A stretch of DNA of 64,000 bases, from NCBI GenBank assembly GCA_000002435.2, contig CM018789.1; one strand, written 5' to 3'. Shown here one piece after another: positions 1 to 9,095 of this stretch (position 1 is the stretch's first letter; every line of letters begins with the position of its first letter). The notes beneath the pieces were generated by a model. It was not told where the DNA came from. It made no database searches and saw only the letters and a list, made by a program, of their open reading frames with translations. The stretch is from Giardia intestinalis (lineage: Eukaryota). A program made the position numbers and the translations under genes.

Positions 1-3000
1 CCCCCTTTCGTCAATCCTATTCCGAAATTATCAGGGAAAAGGCTTAATATCGAGGCACTCAGCATAGCATTATTCAGTTTTCTCCCTTCACACGCTCTTG
101 GGGACCTTCATGATGCACATGAAATACAGATGGCTCTTTTTGGACTTTTAAACGACGCCCTGCGATTTTCTCTACCGCCACAGGCATATCTGAATGAGAA
201 CCTTTTTGCTTTCTTTGCAGACAATCTCAGTGGAAACAGGCATACTATTTTTAGCATTTTCTCTCGCAACAACTCGGAGGAAGCACTACTGCACCTTTTT
301 AAACGAGACATCCTTGCAGTCAGTCCATTCACCGAAAACGTATTGCGCGAAAACCACCACCTACTAGAGGTGTATTTAAATGCATGTGGCTCATCCTCCT
401 CCGTTTCCTCTACTAACTCCATGGAGTCTTCAAACCCAGCACAAAACGGAAGCACCTGCGGACAAAGTGACCACTTCTCCTATCTCAGCAATCCTCCTCA
501 ACTCGCATTTGCTCACTTAATACATACATTCCCACCAACGCAGGACGCTTCTCAGGCACCTAGTATCAATCACCAGTACAGTGAAATATACCGCCGAAGC
601 ACATTCTTTGATTACGTCTTCAAGTGGGTGCGCTGCACAACGCATGAACAAATATCTCCTTCTGTGAGCCAGGAATCTGGTAGTACCGCTACGACTGGCA
701 GCATAAGGCCCTTGTACGATGCTTTTGGAATGCCTGTCGCATCTTACAGCTCAGAAATCCGTCAGATCTTTAATTACAGCAATACAAAGCCACAGACACT
801 TGTCACACAGTGCTTCCGTGGGATTTCACAAACTCTTAGGAAATGTAGCAGATGCGGATCCCATAGAACACGTTACGAACCATTCTTCGACCTTTTAGTT
901 CCATACAACCCCGAGAAGACATTTTTGGAGGAGCTAGGAGCGCTGTTCTCTGAGGAGGAGTGTTCTGGACTCCACTGTGATACATGTGGCGCAGAAACAC
1001 ACGGGACTACGCACCTTTCCCTTTACATGTGCCCAGACGTACTAATCACCCTCCAGAAGCAGGGACATTATGGTGCGTCTTTTAAACAGGAGACACAGCG
1101 CTCTCAGTCATCCACCTCTAGCCACTTCACAGCACACGGCTCTCAGCTAACTGCACTATCTAGTTTTTCACTGGCTGACTATCTGTCTTCCACTAGCCCC
1201 CATAAGAAATACAAAGTGCTAATGACCATTGATGTGGGCACAGACTTCAAAATACGCGCCTTCCTGGAAAATTTTATTCAGTATCAGATGTACAAGAAGC
1301 TCTCCCACGAGATTGTTATTTTAATTTACGAAATAGTCATGAAATCTGCCAGCTTTCTTTATAATGACTCGGTTACAATCGTCGTGGCTGCGATGGAGTA
1401 CATCTTGCGTCGCTTCAAGGCGTCCCGCATATTGACATCATCTGCCGGGATCTGTGAGGCAGAGGTTACCGAGGCCTTAGAGTTGTTGGCCCAGATTCCC
1501 ACGGGCTTTAACTTAACGGCCATATCACCTAATGTGATAGAGTATTTTACAGCCCTCCTATCAACCCACATGCTTTACATATTCAACTGTACTTTCTATA
1601 TTCTCCTGCTTCTTTCGCAAAATAAGCTTGCTGAAGTTGAAAAAATCTTGGAGGATTTTATAGTGGATGCCCCTGGCGCTCTAGAGTTTCTCAGGAGACG
1701 TCCGTTGGAGCGCCAATCAGGCCGTGCGCATCTTCTCTATATGCTGTTTACTATCGTATTAACGGATATTCAGGTGATATTCTCCCAGTTTAAAATGATA
1801 AACAATTATAAGGCACGGTGGGTTAGGCAGATTGATCCAAACGATAGCGCAATTCAAAACGACATGAAGTCAGAGCTGGAATACAACATCAAACGCACCG
1901 CGTTGTATAAGTTGTTCCACAAGTTGCCAGATAAGTGTACAGACAAGTTTTCACAGTTGTTTGCGGACGTAGATATATGGAAGGCAGGATCTACCACCTA
2001 CGAGCTGGCTTCTCTCATTGTCCACTGCAACGGCAATCATTACGTAGCGTATATTAAGGGAAATGTCCAACAAGAAGGTGCAGATGCTAAATATGACGTA
2101 CAATCAGGCGTTAGTCAGGATATCCAAAGCGCCGGCCCGCCTCCAACTGGAGTCTCCACGTTGCCATCGGTGTCTTCTAATGATCCTTTTTCGAACAAGC
2201 CAAGCTTCGGCTCTCACGTTGGGCCTTCTGCAACACCAGACAATGAGCTGAGATCCATGGGCATACCTGATGTAAGTACATCTGTAAAAACGTCTCCACC
2301 AAATACATGGTACTGCTTCAACGATGACAAGGTGACTCGCGTAACCAATCCGCCTATTAGCAATGCCTCTATCTTATATTTTATCAAGTCCAGGAGCCCT
2401 TTGGTTGAGGCGCTGAAGGGGTACATCTGGACAGAGCTATGCTCGTATCTAAAAGGGTCTGGCTCCAGCGCCCCAGAGTGGATGACCAGGATAATGACCG
2501 AAAGGGCCGACTGCATCGGGATTCTAGAGATCCTACTGGGCTCGCATGCCTTGTTAAGTACGGCACTATCCACCGCGTACTTAGACTATGACTTATCTGC
2601 CGACTTCATTTATAGCTTCCATAACCTTCACTGGCCGTCTCTCAGAGGCTGCTCGGGACACATACCTACAGGCATTGATCATTCGGGTCCGTGGAGCGTG
2701 TCTACCGTGCTGTCGTACACGCTCCAACCTGCACAGCTTGCCAAGCGCTACCCTATACCTGGGTGCTTTTATTACTCCATATCTGCCATTTTTGATGGTA
2801 GCCTAACTGACTACTTGGAGCGAGATAACTACGACAGCTACTCTCTGAAGGTCAAGCCAAACAAGAAAATGGAGGAGGCACTTGCCAGAGAAAAAGCTCT
2901 GTACAATGACATCATGGCCACAGTATCTGCCGGGTCCTTGTCAGGGGGCGAATACCTGCTTTCTAGCGACTGGATGGGAGACTGGGGTGAGTACTTGTTT

Positions 3001-3198
3001 AGTGGAAAGAAAAAGCCATTAGCTCTCGACAATACTCCTTTATTAGCGCCAGAGTCTGACGCACTGACACCGACCCTCAAGCCGGACCTTCTCAAGGATC
3101 TGGACTACATTCTCCTCACTAGCCAGCACTGGCACGACCTCTGCAGGTGTTACCCCAGCAAGGTGGGCCATGAGCTTCCACGGAATCTTCTTCCTTGA
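1..3198 (+). CDS. Ubiquitin carboxyl-terminal hydrolase (USP/UBP family), 5' partial. The reading frame is open to window position 1, so the N-terminus and Cys box lie outside the window.
   Basis: USP His box YELASLIVHCNGNHYVAYIK and Asp box WYCFNDDKVTRV. Zinc-ribbon CSRCGSHRTRYEPFFDLLVPY ... CDTCG. No stop codon in frame between nt 1 and the ATG at 130. Long C-terminal extension after the catalytic domain. Confidence 0.6.
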   Translation, partial: PPFVNPIPKLSGKRLNIEALSIALFSFLPSHALGDLHDAHEIQMALFGLLNDALRFSLPPQAYLNENLFAFFADNLSGNRHTIFSIFSRNNSEEALLHLFKRDILAVSPFTENVLRENHHLLEVYLNACGSSSSVSSTNSMESSNPAQNGSTCGQSDHFSYLSNPPQLAFAHLIHTFPPTQDASQAPSINHQYSEIYRRSTFFDYVFKWVRCTTHEQISPSVSQESGSTATTGSIRPLYDAFGMPVASYSSEIRQIFNYSNTKPQTLVTQCFRGISQTLRKCSRCGSHRTRYEPFFDLLVPYNPEKTFLEELGALFSEEECSGLHCDTCGAETHGTTHLSLYMCPDVLITLQKQGHYGASFKQETQRSQSSTSSHFTAHGSQLTALSSFSLADYLSSTSPHKKYKVLMTIDVGTDFKIRAFLENFIQYQMYKKLSHEIVILIYEIVMKSASFLYNDSVTIVVAAMEYILRRFKASRILTSSAGICEAEVTEALELLAQIPTGFNLTAISPNVIEYFTALLSTHMLYIFNCTFYILLLLSQNKLAEVEKILEDFIVDAPGALEFLRRRPLERQSGRAHLLYMLFTIVLTDIQVIFSQFKMINNYKARWVRQIDPNDSAIQNDMKSELEYNIKRTALYKLFHKLPDKCTDKFSQLFADVDIWKAGSTTYELASLIVHCNGNHYVAYIKGNVQQEGADAKYDVQSGVSQDIQSAGPPPTGVSTLPSVSSNDPFSNKPSFGSHVGPSATPDNELRSMGIPDVSTSVKTSPPNTWYCFNDDKVTRVTNPPISNASILYFIKSRSPLVEALKGYIWTELCSYLKGSGSSAPEWMTRIMTERADCIGILEILLGSHALLSTALSTAYLDYDLSADFIYSFHNLHWPSLRGCSGHIPTGIDHSGPWSVSTVLSYTLQPAQLAKRYPIPGCFYYSISAIFDGSLTDYLERDNYDSYSLKVKPNKKMEEALAREKALYNDIMATVSAGSLSGGEYLLSSDWMGDWGEYLFSGKKKPLALDNTPLLAPESDALTPTLKPDLLKDLDYILLTSQHWHDLCRCYPSKVGHELPRNLLP

Positions 3199-3329
3199 GA
3201 CTCTGCTAATCAGTGCTCTTGTGAGTAGAACTTTCGCCTCTCTTAAGTAAATCGGTAGTTGCGTTTGGTAGTCAGCCTACAATTCGTGCATCCGGAGCTT
3301 AACGCAGCACGAGTCAGCAAAGGTGCCAG

Positions 3330-3620
3330 CATAGTCCGACAGAGGGGCATCGGCAGTCACTAGCAAAACGAGCAGATTCGTGGCGCCTGCACCCTCCTCC
3401 ATGGCAGGCCACAGGCCACAGGGCACCGGATGCCCGTCGGCATCTGCAGGTCATGGTCTGCGCCGTCTCATGGTTGAGTACCGCGCCCTCTTGGTGGAGG
3501 GCTGGCCGCCGCCACGGACAGTCGTGCCCCGGGCGGCGAGCCGCGTTTGCGAGGGATACCTGAGGGGCAGAGTCCGGCAGGGGACCCAAGCGCGTCTGGG
3601 CTCTCTCTTGTGATTATTCT
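3330..3620. other. GC-rich (~65-70% GC) island without a convincing ORF, inside an ~800-bp convergent intergenic region. Candidate structured ncRNA or decayed gene.
   Basis: Local GC far above the flanks. Only short mutually overlapping ORFs on both strands, typical of stop-poor GC-rich DNA. Local hairpin ggatgcc-cgtc-ggcatc near 3427-3445. Confidence 0.25.
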
Positions 3621-4011
3621 CATTAGTACTTCTGAAAAGCACTAGGCACGTAGAGGCCATCTCAAACCATATCCACTTGTCTGCAATTGCTTTCCCCGGT
3701 GTTTAGCTAGTGGTGAGGGCTGCATCGCCAACTCCAGCGAGTGCACTTGATCCAGGGTGTCATTTTCAGCGAGGCCCTTCACTCGCTTTCTGCCTGCCGA
3801 TCGCACAGCCATGCTGTTAGCGACAGTGCCTTGCATCTCCTACATTATGCAAGGCTCTATGTGCAGGTGGGGCTGGGCCCCTGATCACTGCGTCCACCGA
3901 AGGATTTAGAGAGGGACACATTATCGATTGGGCTAGCGCCGGGGGCCTACTGGATTGCTTAGTTCTGTTAGAAGTTGGGATCACTAAATTCTTAAGATGC
4001 AGCGGAGATCT

Positions 4012-4842
4012 TCAGAACGGTTGGTCACCTCGAAGAAGCTCCATACACTTCCGGTTATTCCGTGACTTTGCATGATTAAGGGGAGTCCAGTTATATCTAT
4101 CCTTCATACCACTCTCGTGTTTCACTAATAGCCTCACCACTTCTGCATGTCCTCGTGCTGCTATCATCAGTGCTGTTCCTCCATGCACACTCCATCTGTC
4201 TGTTTTGACATATCCTGCTGTCCTTCCCATGGGAAGAGGAGAAAGTGCTTTAACAGCCTCTACGTCACCTCTTTCTGCAGCCCGCATGAGCAGGGTCCAC
4301 GATGAGTCTCGAGCGGCCAGCTTCCTGAGACCTTCTTTGAGAAAGTCCAGCTCGGCAGCCTGAGCAGAGATAGTCTCCTTCGGGCCTTTGTTCTCAGCTG
4401 ACTCGGCTTGAGGGGCTTTCTCGAGGGGATCGTCCCTAGCATTGGCATCTTCCAGGACGCTCTCCAACGCACTGATGTGAAGCCTGATCCCTACTTCTGA
4501 AGCGTTCAGCTCCCGGAGCAGATCATGAAGCTCCCTGGCTGTGGACTGCTCTGCCGGGTCCAGGATAATATCTTCTCGATGACAGTTCTTACAAATTCAT
4601 CTGTGATGGTGCCCAAATCAGGCCTCCACTCATTGTCAAAGACTGATTTCGCGTCCTCTGGCTCCCAAAGTGTGAAAAGCTCGGCAACTTCATAGTAGTA
4701 AGCTCGTACATGACGACTCCGAAGGCCCCTTGCCTAGCAGCTCGCCTTCACGCTGATACAGCCCTTCGGGATTGAACATGGGGATGCTATCGGGGCCACT
4801 GCCAGCGCTCTCTGCAGCACGAGTGGGACTCTCACTGACCAT
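4012..4842 (-). pseudogene. NEK-like kinase fragment fused to ankyrin repeats ('NEK-frag'-type gene), with three apparent single-base frameshifts. Pseudogene or sequencing-error-affected gene.
   Basis: Minus-strand translation from ATG at 4842 gives MVSESPTRAAESAGSGPDSIPMFNPEGLYQREGELLGKG, then [fs] AFGVVMYELTTMKLP, then [fs] ELFTLWEPEDAKSVFDNEWRPDLGTITDEFVRTVIEKILSW, then [fs] DPAEQSTARELHDLLRELNASEV..., continuous with the ankyrin ORF 4012-4467 (GGTALMIAARGHAEVVRLLV, TPLNHAKSRNNRKCMELL). The shifts sit at homopolymer runs: GGGG near 4713, TTTT near 4677, GG near 4549. The track's 'M' at 4467 is TTG. Confidence 0.45.
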
Positions 4843-5236
4843 GTCATGCGCAATTAGATTCTCGCTTTCTATTACGCCAAACTAACAATTACTGTACTGG
4901 GTCCAATTTTCGCAGAATCTGTGGGTAGATAACAATCATGGATTCGGTGAGCCTCAGCCTTGCTACCTCCTGGTCGAACGCTTTTCCTCGCGCATCATTG
5001 CCCAATCCCAATCAGCACAGAAGCCTCTGAAGTCGTGGGATTGCAACCAAAGCGCCCTTAGTGAGACAGATCTTACGAACTGACCCCTTCTGTCCATCGA
5101 TCTGAGTGCACGGAGCTGCCTGGCGCTGACACAGGCTCCTGTGCAGCGAAGCGCGACCCCCAGGCGACAGACTCTGCACTTTTGATAAGCCACAAGAAGC
5201 AGGGAGGCGGCTTGGGAGACCTGGCAAAGAATTAAA

Positions 5237-6151
5237 ATGAGCATCCAGGACATTCTTGCGCCCTTCACGGAGGGCTGCGATGCGAAAGGCTCGCCGGCCA
5301 CGTTTGTGCTCCTGGGCAACGGGGACACATACAAGGGCGCGCTTGCCACGCGGCTGCTCGGAAAGCAGGTTATAATCCCCCCTGGCACATCAAAATACAC
5401 CACTTTACTGGTCTCGTCTGACCGCGGTGCAGACGATGCAGCTCCTGTTTCCTGTTTTATTTTGGGTTCCTCTGGGCTCCTGAAGGACAAGTTGCACGAC
5501 CTTGACTTCTTCGCTGACCCTGAGCAGCTGCATCTCGTTCTTTTAATTTCTGCCGCCTCGGTTTCGCTGTGCGTCACGGAGACGAAGGCCTGGCTGGATG
5601 CCGTCTACGCGCTTAGCAAGCGCCAGCGCTTCTCCAGCTGCACCATCCTGCTGACAGACAGCACCCAGCTGCAGAACACAAACCCTGTGAGCCGCAGCAT
5701 CGCCCTCCGGTGCGTTCGGGCCCTGGCCCTGGTCGCCAACGCCAAGCTCTTTCCGTCCTCCGATGGCTCTGCGTGCCCCCAAAGAACAACCGTCTACTCT
5801 GCAGCCGGCACAGACGACACGGGCCCCATTGCGAGGCACTTGCTGGGACATACCAAGGGGGGCGCGCACGCCTTCGACTTCACGATCGACGAAGACGAAG
5901 CGATACTGCGCATCCCGCCTGGGATGGACTCCCACACCATGATATGCCAGTCGTCCTCTCCGGACGAGGCGCTGAAGGTGCAGATGGGCACCTTCAAGAC
6001 CAACGTTCAGGACGGGGACGGACCGCAGGACGAAGAGCAGATCAGCAGCCTGAGTGACTACTTCGGCTACGTGACGGCAAAGACAAAGGCCGAGGACCCG
6101 GTGCTAAGCGATCTCTTAGCAGGCCTGTCCGTGGCAGCAGGTAAATTCTAG
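5237..6151 (+). CDS. Hypothetical protein (304 aa)
   Basis: ATG preceded by AT-rich initiator gaattaaaATG. Protein-like composition. The antisense ORF 4963-5577 is judged a shadow. Confidence 0.5.
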   Translation: MSIQDILAPFTEGCDAKGSPATFVLLGNGDTYKGALATRLLGKQVIIPPGTSKYTTLLVSSDRGADDAAPVSCFILGSSGLLKDKLHDLDFFADPEQLHLVLLISAASVSLCVTETKAWLDAVYALSKRQRFSSCTILLTDSTQLQNTNPVSRSIALRCVRALALVANAKLFPSSDGSACPQRTTVYSAAGTDDTGPIARHLLGHTKGGAHAFDFTIDEDEAILRIPPGMDSHTMICQSSSPDEALKVQMGTFKTNVQDGDGPQDEEQISSLSDYFGYVTAKTKAEDPVLSDLLAGLSVAAGKF

Positions 6152-6262
6152 CAATTCTGGTTCAATAATTTAATCGGCGCCCCGCCATGAACTCCCTCAA
6201 CCAGGATAAGAGAGAGTAAGTTAACACGAGCACAACTGGTTGATCATAGACAATCAAGCTCT

Positions 6263-8515
6263 TTATAAAAACACCTCAGAACAAAGCACAAGGGCTAACA
6301 GAAGCTCAGAATAGGTAGTTGAAAGATGTGACTGCATATCACCACTTACATTACCAAATCTATTCAGGATAGTGTCATGATCAAAGTGAGTAAAGAGGCC
6401 TTTGCTAGTCGATAGAAGAATTTCTATATTGTTTGCAGAGACAAGGTCAGCGTGTAGTTCACGTATTATGCGAGCGGTCATAATGTAATCAAAGAGGCAT
6501 ATCGGTGTCTCCATCATCAAGTAGAATAAGATGCACTGGAGGCTTTCCTGAAGAGATGCATCGTTAGCGCTTTCGACGATCATAAACGATACAGTCTTGG
6601 CTAGGGTAGCAAAGGAAAACCCAGGTTCGTCTTCGTTGTAGTAGCTTAGAACCAGGACCTTAGCATGTTGAATGGCCTCTTTTGCAATAAACTGGTGGTC
6701 CACTCGTGATTGCCCCTGCAGCTTCCTGGCCAGAAGCCGTGAAGTGCGCTCTTGAAAGCACTCTGTTTCCAATTGAGCAGCTGGGTAGCCGAGATTTAAA
6801 ATTAACGCGTAGAGCTTTACAAGCTTGACAAAAAGCTTTCGCAACTTTTGGATTGCTATTTTAAAAAATAAATTGCGAGTAAAACTAATTACATACTGTA
6901 TATTCTGTAACCTAAGTTCCTCATAATAATACAATAGAGAGATTGTGCTGTTTGTAAGAGCAATAAGGTCAGCAAAGGGATCTGGCCTACACGGAAGACA
7001 GATTAGTAGTCCAGAAAGACTATCTATGTGGCCGGCAAGCTCAATCTCAGGGTCTGCACGGTCATCGGTGCATATGTTTGTAATACAAGTCTCCACAGTC
7101 TTCAGTAGCACACCAGCATATTCATTGATTGAAAGTAGTACGGCTTGAATATCTGTGCTTTCAATCCTATTCATATCGCGTATGGAAGTAGAGTCTAGGT
7201 TGCATAGAATAATGTCATAAAGGTCTTTCTGCGGCGTGTTGCAATAGTAGTTCAAGACAGCTTTGTAGAAGAACAATCGAAGATAGGCTACAGGGCGTGG
7301 TGGGCCTCTTCGGTGGATGCCTGCAAGCTCTGCAAGGACAGAGAAAGACTCTGTTTGCTGAAGCACGGACTCTGTTATTTCTTGGTGTTTGTGGGCCTCT
7401 AGAACACGAAGTGATGAGAGGAAGAGCCGCTGAAGCCTTTTTATACTGGCGGGACGAACAGATAGCACAGGAGCGAGCTCAAGGAGTTGAAGCACCTTCA
7501 GACACGCCAGCTGCGAGGCTACAAGCTGGTCACTATTGTAGTATGCGGCATGGTTTGAGCATTCCTGTTGTAGACTCTCTAGAGAAACGAAGTTTCCGTC
7601 CGAGGTGCTTACTTGAGAAAGAGACACCGCTGTCAGCCCTTGAAGCCTGTTATATATCTTCTTGGCACCATATACACCATCCTCAAAGGACTGCCCCGGT
7701 GCCCAGAAGAGGTGGGTCATCAATTGAAGAGCTAGTGGAGGATCAAACTGGAGATCGCGGAGACGGACGAATATCGTGCTGCGAATCGACTCTGCTATGA
7801 TGTACAAGTCTTTACAACGAGTTAAGAGGTCCAGAAACGAGGCTTCTGAAGGCTGTGTCACAGTGAGCTCCTTGCCTCGGGACTCACAGTTGGCCTCCTG
7901 AAGGCTCTGCATATCCACGTGACTCATGGGCTCAGATTGGTGGGTTGGTTCTCCGATGTACAGCTCTGCACAGTCACTGTTGTAATAAGACAATTTGAGA
8001 AGAGACTCGGATAGATACAGCATGAAATTAGAAATCCAAATGGCCACATCCAATAGCTCACTCGCACTGTTTAATGTCGCAGTGGCCTCATCTTGGAGGT
8101 GGCCGCGGATATGTCCAAAGCTAATTGATGCGAAGCTCAGGTTTCTGCTAATGACCGTGTAGCAAGACTCTTGATTTATTGGATCAGGGTGGTCCTTAGT
8201 TGCCCACAGGTTTGTTTCTAAACAGAGGATGACTGACATGACCACCCAGGGAACATGGAGGTCGATTTGTAGGGGCTTCCCTTGCTCCAAAAACAAACTG
8301 ATTTCCCTTCTGTATTCGTCGCTCCGGCTCTCGAGTTCCGCTAGAACAGGAGACACTTGTAAGCGCGTATCAGAGAGGACTGCCTGCAGAGCATATAAGG
8401 CCCAGCGAGGCCCCTCTGGACCCCTGGTGGCCTGCAGATAGGAAGCCAGGAGGTAAACTGCCGGCCAGCTGCCCGCCTCTCCCAACGCTCCCAGCGTCCC
8501 GCCCCAGACATCCAT
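6263..8515 (-). CDS. Hypothetical protein (750 aa), predicted alpha-helical
   Basis: Long uninterrupted ORF with ATG start. No recognisable motif. Confidence 0.5.
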   Translation of the reverse strand: MDVWGGTLGALGEAGSWPAVYLLASYLQATRGPEGPRWALYALQAVLSDTRLQVSPVLAELESRSDEYRREISLFLEQGKPLQIDLHVPWVVMSVILCLETNLWATKDHPDPINQESCYTVISRNLSFASISFGHIRGHLQDEATATLNSASELLDVAIWISNFMLYLSESLLKLSYYNSDCAELYIGEPTHQSEPMSHVDMQSLQEANCESRGKELTVTQPSEASFLDLLTRCKDLYIIAESIRSTIFVRLRDLQFDPPLALQLMTHLFWAPGQSFEDGVYGAKKIYNRLQGLTAVSLSQVSTSDGNFVSLESLQQECSNHAAYYNSDQLVASQLACLKVLQLLELAPVLSVRPASIKRLQRLFLSSLRVLEAHKHQEITESVLQQTESFSVLAELAGIHRRGPPRPVAYLRLFFYKAVLNYYCNTPQKDLYDIILCNLDSTSIRDMNRIESTDIQAVLLSINEYAGVLLKTVETCITNICTDDRADPEIELAGHIDSLSGLLICLPCRPDPFADLIALTNSTISLLYYYEELRLQNIQYVISFTRNLFFKIAIQKLRKLFVKLVKLYALILNLGYPAAQLETECFQERTSRLLARKLQGQSRVDHQFIAKEAIQHAKVLVLSYYNEDEPGFSFATLAKTVSFMIVESANDASLQESLQCILFYLMMETPICLFDYIMTARIIRELHADLVSANNIEILLSTSKGLFTHFDHDTILNRFGNVSGDMQSHLSTTYSELLLALVLCSEVFL

Positions 8516-8546
8516 CTGCGGCCGAAGCGTAACAATAAAATCGGGT

Positions 8547-8553
8547 GTTCACT
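8547..8553 (-). terminator. Putative polyadenylation signal AGTGAAC (AGTRAAY class) ~40 nt downstream of the P1 stop
   Basis: Minus-strand AGTGAAC; motif class known from Giardia 3' ends. Confidence 0.4.
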
Positions 8554-8589
8554 CCTTTACAGTAAAGCCTCGTCCTTGTGCATGCAGAC

Positions 8590-8946
8590 TCAGTCGGAAG
8601 ACTCCTCCTCGGAGGAAGATGAGTCGCCGCCGAACATTCCGCCGGCACCGACAATCTCATCGTCGTCGGACTCCTCCTTCTTGGCGGTCTCGGCAGCCGC
8701 CGCTGCAGCAGCGACCGCACCGCCTGCAGTAACAGGGGCAGGGGCAGCAGACGCAGACCCCAGGGTTGTGAGGAGCTCCTTGACGTTCTTGCCCTCCAGG
8801 TAGTTGGCGAAGAGGGTGAACCAGATGCTGTCCACCTTGACGCCGGCGGCGTCGCAGATGGACTTGAGGTTTGCTGCCGTAGGCTCTTGGTTCTCGTCGG
8901 CCAGGATTATAGCGGCCAAAACACACGCGGTTTCTTGACTCTGCAT
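8590..8946 (-). CDS. RPLP1: 60S acidic ribosomal stalk protein P1-like
   Basis: MQSQETACVLAAIILADE...KSICDAAGVKVDSIWFTLFANYL matches the P1 N-terminal domain. Ala/Gly-rich hinge AAPAPVTAGGAVAAAAAAAE. Acidic tail KKEESDDDEIVGAGGMFGGDSSSSEEESSD. Confidence 0.8.
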   Translation of the reverse strand: MQSQETACVLAAIILADENQEPTAANLKSICDAAGVKVDSIWFTLFANYLEGKNVKELLTTLGSASAAPAPVTAGGAVAAAAAAAETAKKEESDDDEIVGAGGMFGGDSSSSEEESSD

Positions 8947-9095
8947 ACGAACGAGCTCGGGTGACGCTCCTTATTTGTCTTGGATATCTGATTTCAAATT
9001 TAAATAGATTCGGATGAGACATTGCACGGAGATCAGAAGTCCACTCTAGCCCATCACCAGGCACACATAGCTATCAGTTTTCTATCACAAGATAA

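Noticed and set aside
3314-3660. Short ORFs (64-91 aa) on both strands of the GC-rich island
   Set aside because: They are mutually overlapping and Arg/Pro/Gly-rich, as expected from 70% GC non-coding DNA. Treated as candidate ncRNA instead.
4963-5577. 204-aa minus-strand ORF overlapping the start of the 5237-6151 gene
   Set aside because: Antisense shadow in a GC-rich stretch. It is Arg/Ser/Cys-rich with junk-like composition and no AT-rich initiator, and the plus-strand gene has a textbook initiator.
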